Of a DNA stretch of 64,000 nt, positions 51,517 to 61,721 are shown piece after piece. The DNA is taken from the NCBI GenBank assembly GCA_963718615.1, contig OY970368.1, positions 5,344,001 to 5,408,000 on the forward strand, in the 5' to 3' direction. Position 1 is the stretch's first letter; every line of letters starts with the position of its first letter. The notes beneath the pieces are model-generated. The model worked only from the letters and a program-made list of their open reading frames with translations. It had not been told where the DNA came from and did no database searches. Origin of the DNA: an uncultured cyanobacterium (lineage in GTDB: Bacteria > Cyanobacteriota > Cyanobacteriia > PCC-9006 > JAAUQQ01). A program made the translations under genes and the position numbers.

Positions 51517-53175
51517 GTGACGGTTGTCAGCCCCACCCTCAGCCCGATTTCTGTAACGATTCTTGGCATTCGCATCACTAATGTCTTTCGGTCAGAGGCC
51601 ATTCGGTTGATGCAATCCTGGCTCTGGGATGAGCCTCAAAAAAACCACAGCGTTTTCTATGTCAATGCGCATACCCTCAATCTCAGCCGAGCACAGCCGA
51701 GTTATGGGCAAATTCTCAATCGTGCCAATCAGGTCTTTGCCGATGGCACAGGGGTGCGCTGGGCCGCAAAAATGCGAGGCGTCGACATCAAAGAAAATCT
51801 TGTGGGAACGGATTTAATTCCTGAGTTTTTGCAAGCGACCTCGGGCCAAGGCTATCGGGTCTTCTTGTTGGGGGCAGATGCTATTACGGTGGAGCGTGCG
51901 GCTCAGTGGCTGCAAGTGCACTTTCCGGGCTGGAGCCTTGCGGGTTACCACCATGGTTATTTTGATCAGAATCAGGCTGATGCGGTGATTCAGCAGATCA
52001 ATTTGACGCATCCCCATCTCCTGCTGGTGGGTCTGGGCAATCCGCTGCAAGAAATCTTTATCGATCGCTATCAATCCCAGCTTAAAGTTCCGATTTGTAT
52101 GGGCGTGGGGGGGCTTTTTGACCATTGGGGCGCGAATCTCAAACGTGCGCCTCGCTGGGTGAGAAATCTAGGGTTTGAATGGTTGCAGATTTTAATCCAG
52201 CAGCCGAAAAAATGGCGACGGTATCTCTTGGGGAATCCCAAATTTCTCTTCCAGATGCTGGTCACGGCCCGACAGGAAAGGCAACATGTCCTGGAAGCTT
52301 CCTCCTCGGTGAGTGGGCTACGCTGGTCCTTAAAAAAGCTAGCTCGAAGAACAATGGCTTTGGCCTCTTGGCCTGCGGTCCAGCTTGCTCCCGCCGGAGA
52401 GCCCTCGGTGCGAGTTTTGACCTATCACCGCTTTGGCGATATTCCTCGGGATCCTTTTTGTGTCCGGGCCAGCGACTTTGAACAACAAATGGCTTGGCTA
52501 GCAGCGCAAAACCTGGCTATTTCCCTAGCCGATCTAGAAGCCTTTTTAGTCGGAAAACAGGAGGTTCCGGCGGGGGCCGTCCTCGTCACCATGGACGATG
52601 GGTATCACAGTGTGTATCAAACGGCATTGCCGATTTTAAAGCGTTATGGGATTCCGGCGATCGCCTTCGTCACCGTCGGATCCATCCTCGACACCGCCCC
52701 CCTGCCTACCGCCCTTACCCAACACCCCCAGGCCGACTCTCCCGAACGCCATATGACCTGGCCAGAACTGCGCGAGCTTTCCCAGGATGGGGTTGTCGTC
52801 GCCTCCCATGGGTGGACCCATCGTTCCTTCGCAAGGCTTGACCCTGGAGAGGCCCAACAGGAAGCTGGGCGATCGCGCCACTATCTAGAAGAAAAACTCG
52901 GCCAGCCCGTGACCGGATTTGCCTACCCCTTTGGCACCCTCGCAGATTTTAACGACCAATCGGTCCAGATGCTCCACGGCCAAGGCTACCAGTGGGCCTT
53001 CACCTCCCAGCATGGAGCCATTGCCCGCTCCAGAGCTGAGGCCTTGACCCTGCCTCGTATCAAAGTAGAAGGCGGAGAAGGGCTGTGGATGTTTCAGCAG
53101 CTGGTGCGGGGAGGACTCGATCGCTGGCGCTGGATTGACCAAACCCTGTGGAAGCTTCAGCAAAGCCGAGCTTAA
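51517..53175 (+). CDS. WecB/TagA/CpsF glycosyltransferase fused to a polysaccharide deacetylase
   Basis: ADGTGV, GTDL, GLGNPLQE, GVGGLFD, RAP.W....EW..RRYL; then LTYHR, TMDDG, SHGWTH, FAYPFG. Confidence 0.88.
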   Translation: MTVVSPTLSPISVTILGIRITNVFRSEAIRLMQSWLWDEPQKNHSVFYVNAHTLNLSRAQPSYGQILNRANQVFADGTGVRWAAKMRGVDIKENLVGTDLIPEFLQATSGQGYRVFLLGADAITVERAAQWLQVHFPGWSLAGYHHGYFDQNQADAVIQQINLTHPHLLLVGLGNPLQEIFIDRYQSQLKVPICMGVGGLFDHWGANLKRAPRWVRNLGFEWLQILIQQPKKWRRYLLGNPKFLFQMLVTARQERQHVLEASSSVSGLRWSLKKLARRTMALASWPAVQLAPAGEPSVRVLTYHRFGDIPRDPFCVRASDFEQQMAWLAAQNLAISLADLEAFLVGKQEVPAGAVLVTMDDGYHSVYQTALPILKRYGIPAIAFVTVGSILDTAPLPTALTQHPQADSPERHMTWPELRELSQDGVVVASHGWTHRSFARLDPGEAQQEAGRSRHYLEEKLGQPVTGFAYPFGTLADFNDQSVQMLHGQGYQWAFTSQHGAIARSRAEALTLPRIKVEGGEGLWMFQQLVRGGLDRWRWIDQTLWKLQQSRA

Positions 53176-53180
53176 ACCCC

Positions 53181-53212
53181 AAAAAAAAGGCCCACCGGTA
53201 AACGCTGGGCCT
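53181..53212 (-). terminator. Intrinsic terminator between convergent genes
   Basis: A8-GGCCCA...TGGGCCT hairpin (U tail on the minus strand). Confidence 0.55.
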
Positions 53213-53282
53213 CTGATTACTCAAAACCTCTTCATTCAAGCAGTCTCATCAAAGTCAGCTCATACCAACCCTGCCACAGGCC

Positions 53283-53657
53283 CTAACCTGGTTTTTGTTG
53301 CCGCAGCTTTTTGAGCGTCCTCACCAGTTGATCCTGATAGGAGGGCTTATTCACATAGGCATCTGCCCCCAGCTTCATCCCCCAATAGTGATCCACTGGA
53401 GTTGTTTTGCTAGAGCACATCACCACAGGAATATGCCGCGTTTGAGGATTGCTTTTCAGCTGGCGACAGACCTCAAAGCCGTTCATTTGCGGCATCAGCA
53501 CATCGAGCACAATCAGATCGGGTAGGTTATCCCGCAGTTGTTCTAGGGCATCTTGACCATTGCTTGCCATCCAGACCGCAAATTTATTGCGATTGAGTAG
53601 GTTTGCGATCATCTGCCGCTGACTGCGATTGTCATCAACAACGAGCACCGTATCCAT
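53283..53657 (-). CDS. Single-domain CheY/PilH-like response regulator
   Basis: VLVVDD, LDVLMP, YWGMKLGADAYVNKP. Confidence 0.9.
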   Translation of the reverse strand: MDTVLVVDDNRSQRQMIANLLNRNKFAVWMASNGQDALEQLRDNLPDLIVLDVLMPQMNGFEVCRQLKSNPQTRHIPVVMCSSKTTPVDHYWGMKLGADAYVNKPSYQDQLVRTLKKLRQQKPG

Positions 53658-53894
53658 TTCCGATATGTCTCCCTTGAGCGATGGGCTGGCAGAACGGTAT
53701 GACCTGATAGCTTTATCCTAAACAGCCCCAGCCCAACTGCCATGAGTCTGCGCTCCCGAGTTCACCTAGGACCCTGATCCCATGCAAGATATTTTTATTA
53801 CATCATCCCACCCCCCATCACTACGGAAATCACCCCACCCTAGCTGTAGCAATCCTTCAGGGGAATAGTAGGGTCCTGACAGCTCCGATTGCTT

Positions 53895-54545
53895 ATGATT
53901 CGTGTTTTATTGGTTGACGATCAGCGCCTGATTCGCCAAGGACTCAGAGTTTTCTTAGAAAATGCTCCCGATCTAGAAATTATCGGGGAAGCGGACAATG
54001 GCCAGGATGCTATCCATCTCGTGGAACGCCTAGCGCCCCAGGTGGTGCTCATGGATGTGCGGATGCCGATTTTGGATGGCGTTGCGGCGACGGAGGTGAT
54101 TGTTCAACGCTTTCCGGCGGTGAAAGTTTTGGTCCTGACCAGCGATGAGGGCGACGACTACGTGGCTAAGGCCCTAGGTTGTGGGGCGGCGGGCTACCTG
54201 TTCAAAGATACGCCACCGGAGGAACTGATCCAGGCGATCGCCCTCGTCCACAAAGGCTATACTCACCTCGGTCCCGGTGTGGGCCAAAAGCTCGCGGCCC
54301 AGCTTGCGGCCCAGCGAGCCGCCCAGACCACAACTCCCCCCGCCGATTGGGCTAAGGCTTGGGAAGCACTGACCCCTCGGGAGCAGGAAATTGCCAAACT
54401 CATCGGCTCAGGGCTGAATAATGACGAAATTGCCGAAACGCTCTGCATTTCTCGCAGTACAGTCAAAAACCACATCACCAAGATTTTGCAGCGGCTGAAT
54501 CTGCGCGATCGCACCCAGGTTGCCATCCTCGCCAATGCGGTCTAG
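53895..54545 (+). CDS. NarL/LuxR family response regulator
   Basis: REC domain plus LTPREQEI...TVKNHITKILQRLNLRDRTQ HTH. Confidence 0.92.
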   Translation: MIRVLLVDDQRLIRQGLRVFLENAPDLEIIGEADNGQDAIHLVERLAPQVVLMDVRMPILDGVAATEVIVQRFPAVKVLVLTSDEGDDYVAKALGCGAAGYLFKDTPPEELIQAIALVHKGYTHLGPGVGQKLAAQLAAQRAAQTTTPPADWAKAWEALTPREQEIAKLIGSGLNNDEIAETLCISRSTVKNHITKILQRLNLRDRTQVAILANAV

Positions 54546-54805
54546 GGGCTCGACTTCGGCCTGGGTCCTAGCCTTAAAATTAGCCTTAGAAAAAGGATTA
54601 TTTATCAAATTCAAGTCAATCGATTAAAAAAACTAGCGTAAAACCAACGCCATCAGGACCCACCGACGGCACAACCTCCACCGCAAGATGTCAAAATAGG
54701 GCTCGTTCCCCTGGGGAACGGCCCTGGAATTGCCCTGGAATTGCTCTAGGGCTGACCCGTGGCACTTTTTAGCAAAACTTTATTGCGGCGTGATCCAATC
54801 AGACC

Positions 54806-55252
54806 ATGGCCAAAGACCTAATTAAACCGTTTAATGGCGATCCGTTTGTGGGGCATCTCTCGACGCCCATTAGTGATTCTGAGCAGGTCCATCGCTACCT
54901 GAAAAAGCTACCGATCTATCGACCGGGCCTAACACCGCTCCAGCGTGGCCTGGAAATTGGCACTGTCCACGGCTTTTTTTTGATTGGTCCCTTTGCTGAG
55001 CTAGGTCCGCTACGGAATTCGGACTTTGGCAATTTGGCGGCCTTGGGGTCAACGGTGGCCTTGATTTTCATTGCTAAAGCCGGAATGCGCCTCTACGGCC
55101 TAGCGGTTTTTCCGAAGGAGGGAAAGGCTGCGGACGTGCTGCAAACCTATGACGGCTGGAAAGGTCTCGCGCAAGGATTTATGAAAGGCGGTATCTTTGG
55201 TGCCCTTGTGGCCTTTATCCTGCTGGAAATTTTCCGGTTGTTTGGTTTCTAA
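54806..55252 (+). CDS. psaL: Photosystem I subunit XI (divergent-looking copy)
   Basis: GDPFVGHLSTPISDS, LP.YR.GL...RGLEIG..HG, GPLRNS, GW..F..GG. Confidence 0.88.
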   Translation: MAKDLIKPFNGDPFVGHLSTPISDSEQVHRYLKKLPIYRPGLTPLQRGLEIGTVHGFFLIGPFAELGPLRNSDFGNLAALGSTVALIFIAKAGMRLYGLAVFPKEGKAADVLQTYDGWKGLAQGFMKGGIFGALVAFILLEIFRLFGF

Positions 55253-55310
55253 TCCGGCTAAAATTGCGGTTCCCCAAACCAACATTCATCCTTACTTTCC
55301 TACTTTTTCA

Positions 55311-55354
55311 AGAACCCAATGAAGACTGACTCTCACTCAACTTCATTGGGTTTT
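55311..55354 (+). terminator. Hairpin after psaL
   Basis: AACCCAATGAAG...CTTCATTGGGTT followed by TT. Confidence 0.55.
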
Positions 55355-55690
55355 GCTGTACTTTTGTTGCGGCATTGTTCTGAAAAGTAAAGAAAAGCTG
55401 CGGGTGTTTTCGAGAAATTGCGATCGCCGTCAAGAACAGCTTTAGATGCGAAATTGCCCAAAAACGCCGAAATTTGCCAATTTATCGATTGCACAAAACT
55501 TCCACAAACTTCTTAAGCAAATATTAAATTTGTCAAGAATGCTAGTGGCATTCACCTGTAGCCTCCAGGCAATCCGTTATGATGACAGCGTTCAAGGATC
55601 AGTAGCAGAGCAAAGAAGCGATTGGGGTTTTCCTCAACATTTCTTCTCTTTTCGACCTTGTTTCGTTTTGATTTCGGTTTGGAGAGAATC

Positions 55691-55990
55691 GTGACCATTT
55701 ACGTAGGAAACCTGTCCTTTCAGGCAAGCGAAGACGACGTTCGGGAAGTCTTCGGCGAGTACGGCACTATTAGTCGGGTGAGTCTACCGATTGATCGGGA
55801 GACGGGCCGAATGCGGGGCTTTGCCTTCATTGAGATGTCGGATGAAGCCAGCGAAGATAAAGCGATTGGCGAGTTGGATGGTGCAGAGTGGCTTGGACGC
55901 CAACTGCGGGTTAGCAAGGCTCGTCCTCGGGAAAATCGCGGTGGAGCAACCTACAGTCGAGGGGATACCTTTTCTCGCTCCAGCTATTAG
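55691..55990 (+). CDS. Cyanobacterial RRM RNA-binding protein (Rbp family)
   Basis: GTG start after TTCGGTTTGGAGA leader; RNP2 IYVGNL, RNP1 RGFAFI. Confidence 0.92.
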   Translation: MTIYVGNLSFQASEDDVREVFGEYGTISRVSLPIDRETGRMRGFAFIEMSDEASEDKAIGELDGAEWLGRQLRVSKARPRENRGGATYSRGDTFSRSSY

Positions 55991-56031
55991 AGGGACAGTC
56001 TTTTCCCCAGCTTACAATTGAATCCTTAAGG

Positions 56032-56060
56032 AAAGGGCGTTCTTGTGGGAGCGCCCTTTT
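56032..56060 (+). terminator. Intrinsic terminator after the rbp gene
   Basis: AAAGGGCG...CGCCCTTTT. Confidence 0.65.
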
Positions 56061-56115
56061 GGTGTCTTGGCCTAAAATCAAGAAGAACTTTTGCCAAGCC
56101 TGCGCCCTGGATTTA

Positions 56116-57642
56116 ATGCCCTTGTCCCGTTTGCTCATCCTTCTCATTGGCCTGGTGATTATTCTGGGCATGGCGCTGTGGCTGGTGGATTCACTCCAGC
56201 GACTCTATTGGCAACTGTCTTATATTTCGCCATTTTTGGCCGGTTTACTGCTGCTGCTGATCATTGGGCTATTTGGTCTGCTGATTTTTGCGTTTCTCTA
56301 CTACGCCAATCTGATTCGGATGCCCCGTCGGATGCAACGGGTACCGCCGGAGGTGCCCAAGGCCAAGGCAGAAGCCGCAGAGAAAAATTTGCAGGCCTTA
56401 CAGCAGCAGGTTTCACAAATTCAAGACGAGGTGACTCGAAAAGCCTTGTTGGAGCGATCGCGCGCCATCGAAGCCAGTCTCCGTCGGGGTGATCTGCAAG
56501 TAGTAGTCTTTGGCACCGGCTCCGCAGGTAAAACCTCTATGGTCAATGCCCTGATTGGTCGCATTGTTGGACGGGTTGGTGCGCCCATGGGAACGACCGA
56601 TACGGGGGCGACCTATCGCCTCCAGTTGCGGGGGATGGAGCGGGATATTTTAATTACCGATACGCCAGGGATTTTGGAGGCGGGAACGGCGGGCGGCGAG
56701 CGGGGGCAACGGGCACGGCAGTTGGCAGTGGATGCGGATTTACTCTTGTTTGTAGCAGATAACGATTTGCGGCGATCGGAATTTGAGGCGTTGCAGACCC
56801 TGGCGCAGATTGGTAAGCGATCGCTCCTCGTTCTCAATAAAGTGGATTTGCTGACGGATGGCGATCGCGAACTCATCCTAGCCACCCTGCGAGAACGGGT
56901 GCGAGGGCTGGTTAATCCAGAAGATGTAGTTGCAATTGCTGCAAACCCTCAGCCAGTCACATTAGAAGATGGCAGCATTGTGACGCCCAGCTCAGACGTG
57001 ATTTCGCTCTTGCGGCGGTTGGCGGCGGTGCTGCGAGCGGAGGGGGAAGATTTAGTTGCTGATAATATTCTGCTTCAGTCTCAGCGCCTGGGCGACGAGG
57101 CGCGGCAATTGCTCGATGCCCAGCGGCGGCGGGAGGCGGAAAAAATTGTCGATCGGTTCCAATGGGTGAGCGCGGGAGTGATTGCCATGACGCCGCTGCC
57201 CGTGGTGGATTTGCTCGGCGCAGCAGCGGTCAATGCCCAAATGGTGGTGGAGATTGGCCGAGTCTACGGTTGCGAGCTCAACATGGAACGAGGCCGAGAA
57301 TTGGCCCTCTCCTTGGCGAAAACTTTAACCAGTTTAGGCATCATTAAAGGCGCAGTTGAACTGTTAACAACGGCACTGGAATTTAACCTTGCCACGATTG
57401 CGGCGAGTCGAGCCATTCAAGGGGTGAGTGCGGCCTATCTAACTCGCATTGCTGGACGTAGTTTTATTGAGTATTTTCGTCATGATCAAGATTGGGGCGA
57501 TGGCGGGATGACGGAGGTGGTGCAACGGCAATTTCAGTTGAATCGTAAGGATGAATTTGTAAGGAGTTTTGTGCAGCAGGCGATCGCTAAAGTCGTTCAA
57601 CCTATCACCAGTGCGCTACGGGAGGAGGAACCGAATCAGTGA
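56116..57642 (+). CDS. Membrane-anchored GTPase with DUF697/YcjF domain
   Basis: GTGSAGKTS, DTPG, NKVD; C-terminal TPLPVVD...AYLTRIAG..F. Confidence 0.85.
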   Translation: MPLSRLLILLIGLVIILGMALWLVDSLQRLYWQLSYISPFLAGLLLLLIIGLFGLLIFAFLYYANLIRMPRRMQRVPPEVPKAKAEAAEKNLQALQQQVSQIQDEVTRKALLERSRAIEASLRRGDLQVVVFGTGSAGKTSMVNALIGRIVGRVGAPMGTTDTGATYRLQLRGMERDILITDTPGILEAGTAGGERGQRARQLAVDADLLLFVADNDLRRSEFEALQTLAQIGKRSLLVLNKVDLLTDGDRELILATLRERVRGLVNPEDVVAIAANPQPVTLEDGSIVTPSSDVISLLRRLAAVLRAEGEDLVADNILLQSQRLGDEARQLLDAQRRREAEKIVDRFQWVSAGVIAMTPLPVVDLLGAAAVNAQMVVEIGRVYGCELNMERGRELALSLAKTLTSLGIIKGAVELLTTALEFNLATIAASRAIQGVSAAYLTRIAGRSFIEYFRHDQDWGDGGMTEVVQRQFQLNRKDEFVRSFVQQAIAKVVQPITSALREEEPNQ

Positions 57643-57703
57643 GCTAAAATCGAGGTAAAAATGGTAGAAACTTTACAGTAATTCATTCCAATCTCTTTTT
57701 TCT

Positions 57704-58528
57704 ATGGCTTTGCTTGACGCCCTCCTTGCCCTGGGAGAACCGGAACCTCAGAAGGTTGAAGACTGGCCTGACTATGTTAAACAGTTGGGTTTGAAAGAGA
57801 AGGATATTGAAGACCTGATTGCGATCGCCACCCACGAGTCCCTAACCGATGAGGAAGAGACCTGGTTCGCCCCGGTTCATGCTTGGCGAGCCCTCGGGCA
57901 AATGCGGGCAAAAGCTGCGATCGAGCCTCTGATTTCCACCTTTGGCTGGAACATGGATTGGGCCTGGGAAGAACTGCTTGATGTGTATACACTCATGGGA
58001 GCCGAGGCCTTGCCCGTTCTCGCTAAGGCCCTGAAGCCGACGCAGGCTGGGGGGAGCGAGAATTCGATCTCCTTGGCTGAAAGTATGAGCAGAATTGGGA
58101 AGCTATCCGAAGCGGCGCGGACGGAGGCGATCGCGCTGCTGGTGGAGATTTTGGGCGATCGCCAAACCTACGATCGCAAGACGAATGGCGGTATTGTGTT
58201 TGCCCTGTCAGAACTCAAGGCCGTGGAAGCTGAAAAAGTCTTGGAGGAAGCCCATGCAGGGGATCGGGTTGATACGTCCCATTGTGGGAGCTGGGCGGCA
58301 GTGCAGGTCAGTTTGGGGTTGCGCGATCGCAGTGAGTTTTCAGCGGAGGAGCTGAAGCCGCTCTACAAGGATCAGCCGGTGTTGTTTCAAGTATTGCAAA
58401 AGCAACAAAAGTTGAAGCAATCTCCTGAGGCGCTGTTTACTGTGTTGTCCCAGCCGAAGCGGGAGAAGAAGGCGGGGTTTGGGGGTGGAGCTGGGAAGAA
58501 GGGCAAGAAGTCTAAGAAGAAGCGGTGA
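57704..58528 (+). CDS. DUF1186-like HEAT-repeat protein with basic tail
   Basis: APVHAWRALGQMRA..AIEPL; C-terminal GFGG..KKKKR. Confidence 0.65.
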   Translation: MALLDALLALGEPEPQKVEDWPDYVKQLGLKEKDIEDLIAIATHESLTDEEETWFAPVHAWRALGQMRAKAAIEPLISTFGWNMDWAWEELLDVYTLMGAEALPVLAKALKPTQAGGSENSISLAESMSRIGKLSEAARTEAIALLVEILGDRQTYDRKTNGGIVFALSELKAVEAEKVLEEAHAGDRVDTSHCGSWAAVQVSLGLRDRSEFSAEELKPLYKDQPVLFQVLQKQQKLKQSPEALFTVLSQPKREKKAGFGGGAGKKGKKSKKKR

Positions 58529-58614
58529 GGGCTCTGATTCTTGCAAAATAAAAAGCAGTGGCCGGTTCTCTGTTGATTTTGTCACAATGGTCTCAGTCGT
58601 TTGCTCTAGAGCCC

Positions 58615-59052
58615 ATGCCCTGTGCTGTGATTTTGACTGCGCTCTCGGTTGAGTATTTGGCGGTGCGTGCCCATTTGACGGATCCCCTGGAGGAGGTGCA
58701 TCTCCAGGGGACGATTTATGAGCGGGGGCAGTTTGTGGGCGAGGGCCAATCCTGGGAGGTGGGGTTGGTGGAGATTGGGGCGGGAAATCCGGGGGCGGCG
58801 TTGGAGGCGGAGCGGGCCATTGCTTATTTCAAGCCGGATGTCATTTTGTTTGTGGGGGTAGCGGGTGGCCTGAAGGATGTGGCGCTGGGGGATGTGGTGG
58901 CGTCTACGAAGGTGTATGGCTATGAGTCGGGGAAGGCGGAGGTGGGGTTTAGGCCGAGGCCGGAGATTGGGCTTGCGGCCTATGGGTTGGAGCAGCGGGC
59001 GCGGGCGGAGGCGCGGAAGGGGGATTGGCTGAGACGGTTGGAGAGGGGCTGA
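58615..59052 (+). pseudogene. Truncated PNP/MTA-SAH nucleosidase (N-terminal half only)
   Basis: [40 protein letters not shown]; stops before the IASG/EMEG/IRGISD catalytic half. Confidence 0.75.
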
Positions 59053-59218
59053 GATAAAAACAGAAAAGAAAATGGATTTAGCCCGAAAAATATAGCAGTT
59101 TTCAATCGCATGAGGTACAGCGAAAGCTTCTCTGACAAAGGATTACAACCACTCGCCCATACCTCACGACAGCCGTTACCGCTATAATCTGATAGGAAAA
59201 AATCAGGGAGGGAGATAT

Positions 59219-60274
59219 ATGGATAATTTACTAATAGACTTTGCGATCATTACTGCAATCAAAGTTGAGCGATTAGCGATTTTAAAAGCTTTTGGTATCA
59301 CTGATGACGATCGCATTCACAAAGACTCTCGCACATATTGGCGCAAACGCTTACTCCTCAACAATGGGAGTTTCTACGAAGTTGTGGTGGCCCAATCGCT
59401 CGATATGGCAAACGTGAATTCTGCTATCGTCACGAACGATATGCTACATCACTGGAAGCCTGCCGCTGTGATTATGGTTGGTATTGCGGCAGCGGCTAAA
59501 TCAGAGCCAAAACAATCTCTTGGAAACTTGGTTGTTGCCAAAGAAGTTTATTACTACGAGATGGGTAAAATAACTACCATTGGCAAGCTTCCTGAGCCTA
59601 AGCAAGTTCCAGTTGATGCCACTCTTCTCGATCGCGTGCAGGCATTGCCCGAACTCGATTTTCCAATCCTTGCTGAGCGGCCAGACGGCACTAGCGCTCG
59701 ACCCGAAGTTGAAGTAGGTGTAATTGCTTCAGGTGACAAGGTAATTTCAGATGCCTCTAAACGAGATGCGATCGCTGCTACAAATCGTAAGATTCTGGCA
59801 ATTGAAATGGAGGGGTACGGGGTTATTTCTGCTGCATGGCAGAGCTTTCATCAAGTTCGTTGTTTAGTAATTCGTTCCCTCTGCGACTATGCCGACGCGA
59901 ACAAACATGACCAATGGCACGCCTACGCTGCTGCTGTCGTTGCTGGTTTTACCAAACATTTCTTGTTGGATAAGCCCTTGTCTCCTAGAAATTCGACTAA
60001 AGCGTTAGCAAAACGTCAGTCTGAGGAATCAGAATTAGAGATTACTGGACAAGACTCTAAGCAAAATGCGCTTGATTTGTTAAATAGCCTGATACGATCT
60101 CAATTTGATGCAGTTGTTTTTAGATATGGTGCCGATCCAGCCCATCTGTCAAATGGTACGCAAAATCAGCAGGCGATCGACCTGATTCAGTATGCTATCC
60201 AAAAAGAGGGTGCTGATTTATCACGGTTGCTTGCCGTCATCTATACCGTAGCTTCCTATCTGAAGAAAGGTTGA
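59219..60274 (+). CDS. PNP/MTA-SAH nucleosidase-family effector with C-terminal helical adaptor domain
   Basis: IITAIKVE, MVGIAA, GVIASGDKVI, AIEMEGYG, IRSLCDYAD..KHDQWHAYAA; extra ~70-aa C-terminal domain. Confidence 0.85.
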   Translation: MDNLLIDFAIITAIKVERLAILKAFGITDDDRIHKDSRTYWRKRLLLNNGSFYEVVVAQSLDMANVNSAIVTNDMLHHWKPAAVIMVGIAAAAKSEPKQSLGNLVVAKEVYYYEMGKITTIGKLPEPKQVPVDATLLDRVQALPELDFPILAERPDGTSARPEVEVGVIASGDKVISDASKRDAIAATNRKILAIEMEGYGVISAAWQSFHQVRCLVIRSLCDYADANKHDQWHAYAAAVVAGFTKHFLLDKPLSPRNSTKALAKRQSEESELEITGQDSKQNALDLLNSLIRSQFDAVVFRYGADPAHLSNGTQNQQAIDLIQYAIQKEGADLSRLLAVIYTVASYLKKG

Positions 60275-60275
60275 A

Positions 60276-61721
60276 ATGCTAGATCGCAATCGTTTATTGA
60301 CGCAACTGAATAAATTATCGGATAGCCAATGGGAGGAGTTGATTTTCCGACTGGAAGTAGATGAAGCTCATCTGCGGATGAGAGGTACCACCAAAAGCCA
60401 GCAGAATATAGATCTTATTCGCTCACTGGAACAGCAAGACTATGGCCTGCAACGCCTTCAGGATACGCTTCAGAATCTCGCCTTTTTCAAGTTGTTTAGT
60501 CCCCAAGGGACCTATCCGGTTGGAGAAGAACTGCGGCAGCGCGAGGAAGCCCGAGAACAGGAAGACACGCAGGCAGCGCTCGCTCGCGGAGATGACCCGG
60601 AGCTCTACAAGATTACGCCAGAAAAGTTTTACTCCTTCCAGCGGGGAACCGAATGGCTAGGCGTTTTTCGTGGCTGGGATGCACCTCGAAGTTTCCGTAC
60701 GGCTTTGTTGGAAACCACGATTCGCAACAGCCGTAATCGTCGCAACTGTCTTGCTAGCGCCATCATTGGGCATGGTGGTTCAGGAAAATCGGTTGCTTTG
60801 CATCGTCTTGCACTGGATTTGGTAGAGCAAGGCTATAAAGTTTGGTGGGTCGAGCATCTAGAGGGATTGGTTCAATCTGGGCTAGATGACTTTTATAAGG
60901 GTGAAGGGCAGCCACAATTTTTGTTAATTGACGAGATTCAAGACCAAGAAGCACGCTATGTTGAGCGCTTGCAGCGCCACTTAAAACAATGTCCTTTTCT
61001 TGTGCTGGTGGTTGCTGGACGAAGTTTGCCGAATGCCTTACGCCTAGAAGCTAAAGATCAGTTCACGCCGGATGAAACTAGCGATCGCATTACCATTCTA
61101 GACAAAATTTCTGAAGTGTTGCCTGCCTGGGCAGCCACCGCGTCCCAACTTAAAACAGAATCTTTACAAAAAGCACGACTGGTTCGGATTCTGGTCGTTT
61201 TAGCACGTCGGCAAGATCCTGTACCCCAGACCTTGGAAGAGCTTGAGGAGGTATTTTTACGGATTTTGGTCGATGATTTGGAAAGAATTCAAGAACAAAA
61301 GTTTCCGGGTCTTGCTACCGCTGTAATAGATGCGGCTATTGTTCGAGAAGTTGGCATGGTAAGTTTAGCCCCTGCCGTCTTGATAGCGCTTGCCAACTAT
61401 CATCAGCCTCATGCTAATATCTCAGTCTTATTTGAGCAGATTGAGAACAATCCCCGCTGGCATCTACTGGCTCCCTTCTTGTCGCTTTCTCCAGCTCATA
61501 ATTATCTTCTATTTCATCACGATGAACTGGCGGAAGGGGTAATCCAAGCCAGTCAAGAAGAACGACTTGAAACCTATGTTGATGACGCCTACAGAAGAGC
61601 CGTTCTAGAAAATTTTATTCATCTGACAATAACTCTAGAGAAAAACATAGAAGTCCAGAAAGAAGTCTCTAAGGCTGCTTCCAATTTTCTACTGCTTTAC
61701 TTTTATAAGTACAAGGATTGA
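60276..61721 (+). CDS. N-terminal adaptor domain plus STAND-like P-loop NTPase (5' part of a stop-interrupted gene)
   Basis: Walker A GHGGSGKS, Walker B FLLIDE, VLVVAGR sensor-like strand, FHHD motif near the end; starts 1 nt after the upstream stop. Confidence 0.75.
   Translation: MLDRNRLLTQLNKLSDSQWEELIFRLEVDEAHLRMRGTTKSQQNIDLIRSLEQQDYGLQRLQDTLQNLAFFKLFSPQGTYPVGEELRQREEAREQEDTQAALARGDDPELYKITPEKFYSFQRGTEWLGVFRGWDAPRSFRTALLETTIRNSRNRRNCLASAIIGHGGSGKSVALHRLALDLVEQGYKVWWVEHLEGLVQSGLDDFYKGEGQPQFLLIDEIQDQEARYVERLQRHLKQCPFLVLVVAGRSLPNALRLEAKDQFTPDETSDRITILDKISEVLPAWAATASQLKTESLQKARLVRILVVLARRQDPVPQTLEELEEVFLRILVDDLERIQEQKFPGLATAVIDAAIVREVGMVSLAPAVLIALANYHQPHANISVLFEQIENNPRWHLLAPFLSLSPAHNYLLFHHDELAEGVIQASQEERLETYVDDAYRRAVLENFIHLTITLEKNIEVQKEVSKAASNFLLLYFYKYKD

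Noticed and set aside
59088-59125. TATAGCAGTTTTCAATCGCATGAGGTACA, resembling an end of a small cyanobacterial repeat element
   Set aside because: No partner end, target duplication or second copy is visible in the window.
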